The position numbers and the translations under genes are program-made. Positions 47,167 to 52,721 of a stretch of DNA of 52,721 bases are shown piece by piece. Every line of letters starts with the position of its first letter. Positions within the stretch are counted from its first letter, which is position 1. The stretch is from Perkinsus chesapeaki ATCC PRA-425 (taxonomy: Eukaryota > Protista > Perkinsozoa), in the NCBI GenBank assembly GCA_013115145.1, contig JAAPAO010000205.1:1-52721 (forward strand), read 5' to 3'. Below the pieces are notes generated by a model. The model was not told where the DNA came from and made no database searches. It was given only the letters and a program-made list of their open reading frames with translations.

Positions 47167-48898
47167 TCAATCGAAAGCAATACTTCCTGTGGGACTGAGC
47201 ATTCGTTCAGCCAGACTAAATATCAAATTATACGCACACATGTGGCACTTTAAACACTAAGTTAATCATACCATCTCAAAGAGCTTCGGCGATGCGGTTG
47301 AATGACGCATTTCCACCTGAAAATAAGACTCGTCGACGGCGAGTACACCCAATCATTCTTACACCATCCAAAGAGCGAGCAGTATCATAACAACACCAAC
47401 AGCTACGATGATGGCGATCGAGCCACCCTCGTCCTCCTTAGTGACCATCTGAAATCAGTTTACAATGGTAAGTTATCACTCAAACATACCTGGGCTTCGG
47501 CGGTGAAGTCCGAGATGGTACAGTAACTGCACAGAACACACGGCATGACCATTAACATCAATCTTAATTGCCTCACATTTTATCGGCCTTCAAAGACGGA
47601 TCATTCTTCCATCCTTTGGTACACAAGCAAACTGCAAGCTCTTCCGCCCACTGGCCATTCTCACAGACAGGCAGGCCTAGAAGAGTCTAAACTTGTGACT
47701 CATTTGCAATCTTACCAACGTTTGTCGGATTAACATTATTCCTCTTGCTAGCCCCGCTGTCAGTAACTACTTTCGTTGCCGGGGTTTCGACTGTAGGAGT
47801 TGTTGTAGTGGCACGGAAGATACTTGAGGACACTGTCACAGTTCCAGTAGTCTCAGGCAAGTTATCCGTCGTCGTAGCCATCGTAGAAGTACTCATAGTA
47901 GTAGTTGTCAAGGTTGTAGTGATAGTGGTTGTAGTCGTTGCAGTGGTAGTCGTTGCAGTCGTAGTCGTTGTAGTGGTAGTCGTTGTAGTGGTAGTTGAAA
48001 TAGGTAGAGGAAGTGGGGGAGGATTAGTTGGGTTGGTCGAGTTACCAGTTAGCAAAGGCCCTATAGAGAACGATGCGGTACAGGTTGTGACCCTACGATG
48101 AACATTATAAACTCTGGACTCCTTCAGGATCTCAAGCTTACGTCCCCTCGGGGTAGGCAATGAACGTCTTTCCCTCCCGACAAGCGCAGATCTGTGTGTC
48201 GTATCGCCAAAGCCCCGTGCACCAGTCAGGCGTGTGAAATTGAACTGAACAGGGAAACTAGGCATTTTCTCGAGTAGTGGCGGACTTCTTACAAGTGAAG
48301 ATCGGCCCATGCGGAAGCTCCACGTAGAACGTAGGCTTCTTGCGGATAAATCTGTAGAGCAAGTCGCAAAACCGTTTAGATCAGCGACTTACAGTAGCTT
48401 TCCCTGTTCGGTGTAGTCAGGCTCGGCATCCAATGCAGCTGCGTGCTCGCTTACATCAACGACATCTAGACAAATAATATTTTCCAATTTGCCCGTCAAT
48501 CTCTTACAGTAAGTGTCCTCGAGGCCTTTGTCGTAGTCATCGCCACCAGTCCATAGTGCGCAGAAACTGAATCACCAGAGGGACCTCATCAGCGTTGACT
48601 GGCGGTCCCTAACTTACTATATGATACCAAAGACTAGGGCGTCCTTGTTTCGGATACCAACACTTGCCCAACCATCTTTGCACTTGCACATTTTGGGAGC
48701 AAAATCATCCACCGGAATATTTTGTCGATTCTCGATAACAGCCTGGACATACCAGTCTATATTGAACTCGCCTCGGTCTTCGCAAGCCTTGCTCATCCCG
48801 AACTGTCTGAGCTCATTCGCAATCTTGTCCTCTAGCTCACCCGCAAGGATCATCGGGAAAATAACAGGCACCAGTGCGAATACAAATAGAAGCGTCAT
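47167..48898 (-). CDS. Single-module paralog of the 1333-5705 receptor: SP + one Cys-rich module + Pro/Thr stalk + EGF-like domain + TM + tail
   Basis: MTLLFVFALVPVIFPMILA; CEDRGEFN..MCKCKDGWAS; exons FCALWTGGDDYDKGLEDTY, FIRKKPTFYVELPHGPIFT, FQFHTPDWCTGLWRYDTQICAC; poly-Thr; CENGQW..CLCTKGW..YC; TM IAIIVAVGVVMILLALWMVW. Intron positions and phases match the 4-module gene. 3' end uncertain (TGA 47169-47167 if unspliced). Confidence 0.85.
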
Positions 48899-49300
48899 CA
48901 AGTCAACTTTAATCTGAAATAAAACGCAAAGGATGTTGTTTGAGGAGGTTTGCTTCAGTGAATGGTACGAAATGATGAAACGGTCAGCCGTTACCGGAAC
49001 ACGTTTCGTCCGCACCGTAGAGGAAAGCACTACTGCCACGCGGCCATACTCGGCAGATGATGCGAAAGATGGGGATTCTCGAATTCAGAAGCAGCATAGC
49101 GGTCAATTTCAGTAACACTGCACCAAAACGGTGAAAAGGGGACATCGGAGATTCGAACGATGATACTTTAGAAATCGAGCAAGGTGGGAAGCATTATCTG
49201 TCTGCCCAATTTAGGGCGAGCGCGATGTAACATGCGCAGGCGGAGCGATGGAGCAAAAAGCGGCGCACCGACGTCACGACGGTACCTACGAGACGTTTAA
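48899..49300. promoter_or_regulatory. Probable divergent (bidirectional) promoter region
   Basis: About 400 bp between head-to-head ATGs at 48898 (-) and 49301 (+); position-based inference only. Confidence 0.4.
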
Positions 49301-50546
49301 ATGACTACTACTGCCGAGGCCGGTCCACCTCCTCTACCGTGGCCCGCGGGGACATGTGTATTCGTTCTGGAAATGCCGCATCGTATTGATATATCTGGCA
49401 TTTTCGCGACCACAATCGTAAGGCGAATCGCTGGACGATGGTCGTTGAAAATATGAACCATTTTTATCAGTGCCGGGATGGATTCCGAGTTCTGGTCCTG
49501 ACAAGCCAAGGCGAGCTGTACTCTATCTCCGAGACATATCTCCAGCCGATGCCCTGGGTGAAGGGGATGCGAGTTACGTTGACAGGGCTGGCCAAAGCTC
49601 CACAAAGAAATGGCCAAGTACTTTGCCAGCTCCGCCGCCGGTCTCGAGTCTTTCACTTCGCTTTGACAGGTTGGCTGGCTTGTCGGAGAGAAGGAAGGTC
49701 GTTGGGTTATTGAGGTGGTGTCCCAGAACGGATCGGGGGCATCGCTCGCAAGCGTTAGGCCACAAAATATGGTGTAGGTCCGGCGCGGGGCCTTGGGAAA
49801 ATATTTGTACACATTTCGGAGTAGGCCAGTAGGGCATCATCGGTTTTGTAGATGCGTCTAATTATTAGCAGGATAAGATAGATAGACTTTAGATACACCC
49901 CTTCAGCACGCATTAATGAGGCCGCCCAGAAGATGTCGCAAATGGCTACGGAGGCCAGCAGGCAACAACAACCACAGCAAGGGCGACAGGTGCAACTGAC
50001 TCGACAGAGTCATCCCCCTCCTCCGACCCCGAGTATGAGCCCACAGTTTGTCGGAGCCGCAGCCGACTGCATAGACCAGACTCTCCCGGTTTCCAGACGA
50101 ATGCCGGCTCTCCTCACTTTGATCAACATCAGTGCTAAATTCGCTGCGAAATGCGTTTGCACCATGGCATCGCTCCATATGGGTAGGTCCTAGCAAGGTC
50201 GCCGCTCATCGACTGTGGAATGTATGTTAGATCCTCGTTTCCCTGGAATGGGTCTCCAAAGCTCAGTAAGTGAAGCAATACAGCTTTCTGATTGGATAAC
50301 TGGAGGCTTCAATGATGCTATGGTGAGTGCCTCGAATTCCAGTGTGGCAAAAATAGGTCTTTCGCTCAGGTGAGGCTACCTGAGGGGTATGAGCGTGACC
50401 CTCGGAATGAGAATAAGCTGCTACGGTGCAAAGCAATTGCCAAGGAGAGGTCCACAGTTGACCAACTGCTGTGGGGCATTGACAGAAATTACGCCCAGCT
50501 GGCTTCTTGCATCATTCTCCTGGCAAAGGAGGACTATCCAAGTTAA
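49301..50546 (+). CDS. Multi-exon hypothetical protein with two tandem SH3/KOW-like small domains, a Gln/Pro-rich linker and a helical C-terminus
   Basis: Exons 49301-49417, 49471-49617, 49670-~49773, ~49907-50182, 50230-50322, ~50370-50546. PWPAGTCVFV..and PWVKGMRVTLTGLAKAPQRNGQVG..GRWVIEV..SVRPQNM; the junction near 49775-49906 is unresolved. Confidence 0.6.
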
Positions 50547-50712
50547 GGTTTTTTAGCGGGGACGGTGTTGTGTTTCAACTAGTACCTCGTAAAGTCCGAG
50601 TGGCGATTCGCACATTGAGATGCAAGAACGCGACAGTTATGTACCATTACGGAATCAACGGCGGCGGCAAAGAAGTGGAAAGTGATCTAAAGACTCGGGG
50701 ATCCTGCATCCA

Positions 50713-51234
50713 TCACTTGTTTGAAGTAGTTCCAGCAAATGACAAGAAAGAAAGGAGATCTTGCCCAGTGTAGTTGAGATGAATGTAAGACCCACTCCAA
50801 ATAGTATTGTTCAAGAGGATAACTTTGTTAACACCACCTGGTCCCTTCAAAAATGGTATGCTGATGAACTTCTCAGGTGGCAGGTTGCTATCATGGCAGG
50901 CTGTCAACACACCACGGAAAGTCGATCCATCAGGCAGGGTCGCATTAGCATCGAATACGACAGTTGAGCTGACATTGTCCTCATCAATTCCCTCTGTCAT
51001 GTTGAATGGTACATAGGATGCTTGAAATGTACACAAATTCACTGTAATGCCCATATGCATTACCATCAGTTCATCGTTGAAGACAATGAAACCGTAGTTG
51101 TACTTGTCCAAAGATCGATAAGTGCCGCGAGGTGTCGGTACTTGAGTATCGTAGCTTGACATGGTTAAGCCTCCCACCATAGTCACTATGGTTGCATACC
51201 ACACAGTGAGCCCAAAGAAGCCAAAGCGTGTCAT
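50713..51234 (-). CDS. Small secreted protein with a PxGxY-initiated domain (distant relative of copies A-C), several N-glycosylation sequons
   Basis: 173-codon ORF; hydrophobic N-terminus MTRFGFFGLTVWYATIVTMVGG; PTPRGTYRS; NMT, NVS, NAT, NNT, NYT. Confidence 0.65.
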   Translation of the reverse strand: MTRFGFFGLTVWYATIVTMVGGLTMSSYDTQVPTPRGTYRSLDKYNYGFIVFNDELMVMHMGITVNLCTFQASYVPFNMTEGIDEDNVSSTVVFDANATLPDGSTFRGVLTACHDSNLPPEKFISIPFLKGPGGVNKVILLNNTIWSGSYIHLNYTGQDLLSFLSFAGTTSNK

Positions 51235-52721
51235 CGGACTTTTATAACAGAAATGGCCACTGCTGTACGCCGGTTATTTGGCCTAAGTTGGCGTCACGAA
51301 TCAGGATACGCGTACTCACCGCGCTCACTGCGCCGCAGGACCATCGGCAACCGCGGTTTATTTTCGCCCTTATCCCTCGAGTGATCACTCGAAGACGTAG
51401 TGGATTGATACGGAAGAAAAGTAGGAGGCAAACCGAACTCACGGTTAGGGAAACTTTAAGTGCACGCATGAACCCAGACTCATAACTATGCACGCAGTGG
51501 TGCCAGTGGTTGCCAACCACTGGTTGGAGTCATTTGGAGCAACCACGCAAACCTTCGCGGCGGGCTACTACCGGTAAGAGCAAGGAATAGCCGGCTTCGT
51601 CGAAAGTTGTTCAATAACGCCCTACCGATAGGAGCACCATAAGACGGGTGGCGCAAGGAAAATACATCCCGCTGGAGCAAGCTTAATTTAGCTATGCTAG
51701 TAGTGCGATAACAGTGTACCACGGCAACTGTTTTATAACAAACCTCATGGCATGGCCACTACAGAAATCATTGTGTCGGGGTTTAAGAATAGGGCCTCTA
51801 CGAGTGATATGAGGTGTAGGATATCTTGACACTATAATAGCTGCATTGTTATCCGGCGAGACAGACATCACAGTATATTAAGTTTAGTTATTAAACCCTC
51901 TCGGAAGCAGCACGATGCTACTACAACGAGAGCTCTAGTGGAATCTAGCTTAAGTGGTTTAGATGTACCGCTGATACTCTACTGGAACTAGGTTTGATTA
52001 CAGGAATCTGGCTAGTCTGCCATATTGTTGAGGAGAGCTCGTTAACAGGGGCTTACTACTAAAACGCCCTGCGGTAGACCAGCTAAACACTTGTGCAACC
52101 GCTTGCATCATACTTGCTTCATATGCGGGAAGAGTCTTATAGAAATGTGCGATATCTCCGGCCTACGATGGGTGAATCTTCGTCTCGAACTCAGCATCAC
52201 TGAAGGTATAATTTTGATGCACAGCTTCTAGCATGCACATTTTTAGCTTCAAAAGGCTAGCTAGAGGCTTCTACCATACCCTCGTTGCGAGCATAGGCAT
52301 ACGCATACCTAGTTCTCCCACCATAATAACCCCTGAAGAAGAAACAAGTCCCCACGTCTAGCAGTTGTCCAAGCTTCCCTGTTTCCGCAAGATGTGCTGC
52401 AGTCGATTATCTGTTGAACCGAGGAGGGCACAACAGTAATACGAATGGGCACAACCGAAATAATGGCAAAACAGTGGTGGAGAAGTAACAAGACTAAATG
52501 GTAAAACACGTGTACTGGAGTAAGGTCTCATTGTCTTGGGGACCAAGGAAGGTCAACGCAGGTCAATCTCCGTCAGAAACAACAATGAGTTAAACTGATT
52601 GTTGTCCATTGTTAAACTGATTCAAACTGATTCAGTTTGAATGCTGATTGTATATCCCATTCAAGGAGAACGTTCTTGTCAGAACACGGCGACTCTGCGA
52701 AGAGACTGAGAACATCGTAGA

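Noticed and set aside
52160-52412. Possible terminal exons of a minus-strand gene entering from beyond the window
   Set aside because: Splice-like signals are present, but two frames are equally plausible and no product is recognisable

Overview
Intron-rich eukaryotic DNA (GT-AG introns, many only 40-60 nt). It is most likely a Perkinsus-like alveolate; this is inferred from a Perkinsus/dinoflagellate spliced-leader relic and the style of the secreted-protein families. The ORF track is mostly exon fragments and antisense shadows, so gene models were built by hand from splice sites and reading phase. Central feature: a ~33 kb axonemal inner-arm dynein heavy chain gene (DNAH10/I1-alpha type, 6684-40017 +, about 80 exons). 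Its introns carry three tRNA genes: tRNA-Pro fills most of a 113-nt intron, and two identical tRNA-Lys copies form an 83-bp inverted repeat. One 4.8-kb intron holds two antisense secreted-protein paralogs, an IS1595/Merlin-like transposase remnant and a minisatellite. Flanking it are two members of an apparently uncharacterised type I surface-receptor family (signal peptide, ~150-aa 10-Cys module encoded by a phase-conserved six-exon cassette, Pro/Thr mucin stalk, EGF-like domain, TM helix): a 4-module copy (1333-5705 +) and a 1-module copy (47167-48898 -). The latter may splice in frame into the adjacent EF-hand/PKA-site/acidic-repeat gene, which would give a surface receptor with a Ca2+-sensing cytoplasmic domain. 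Also present: two more PxGxY-type secreted proteins, a tandem SH3-like-domain gene, a spliced-leader relic, several minisatellites and a 98-N assembly gap. All models are manual and unverified by RNA data.
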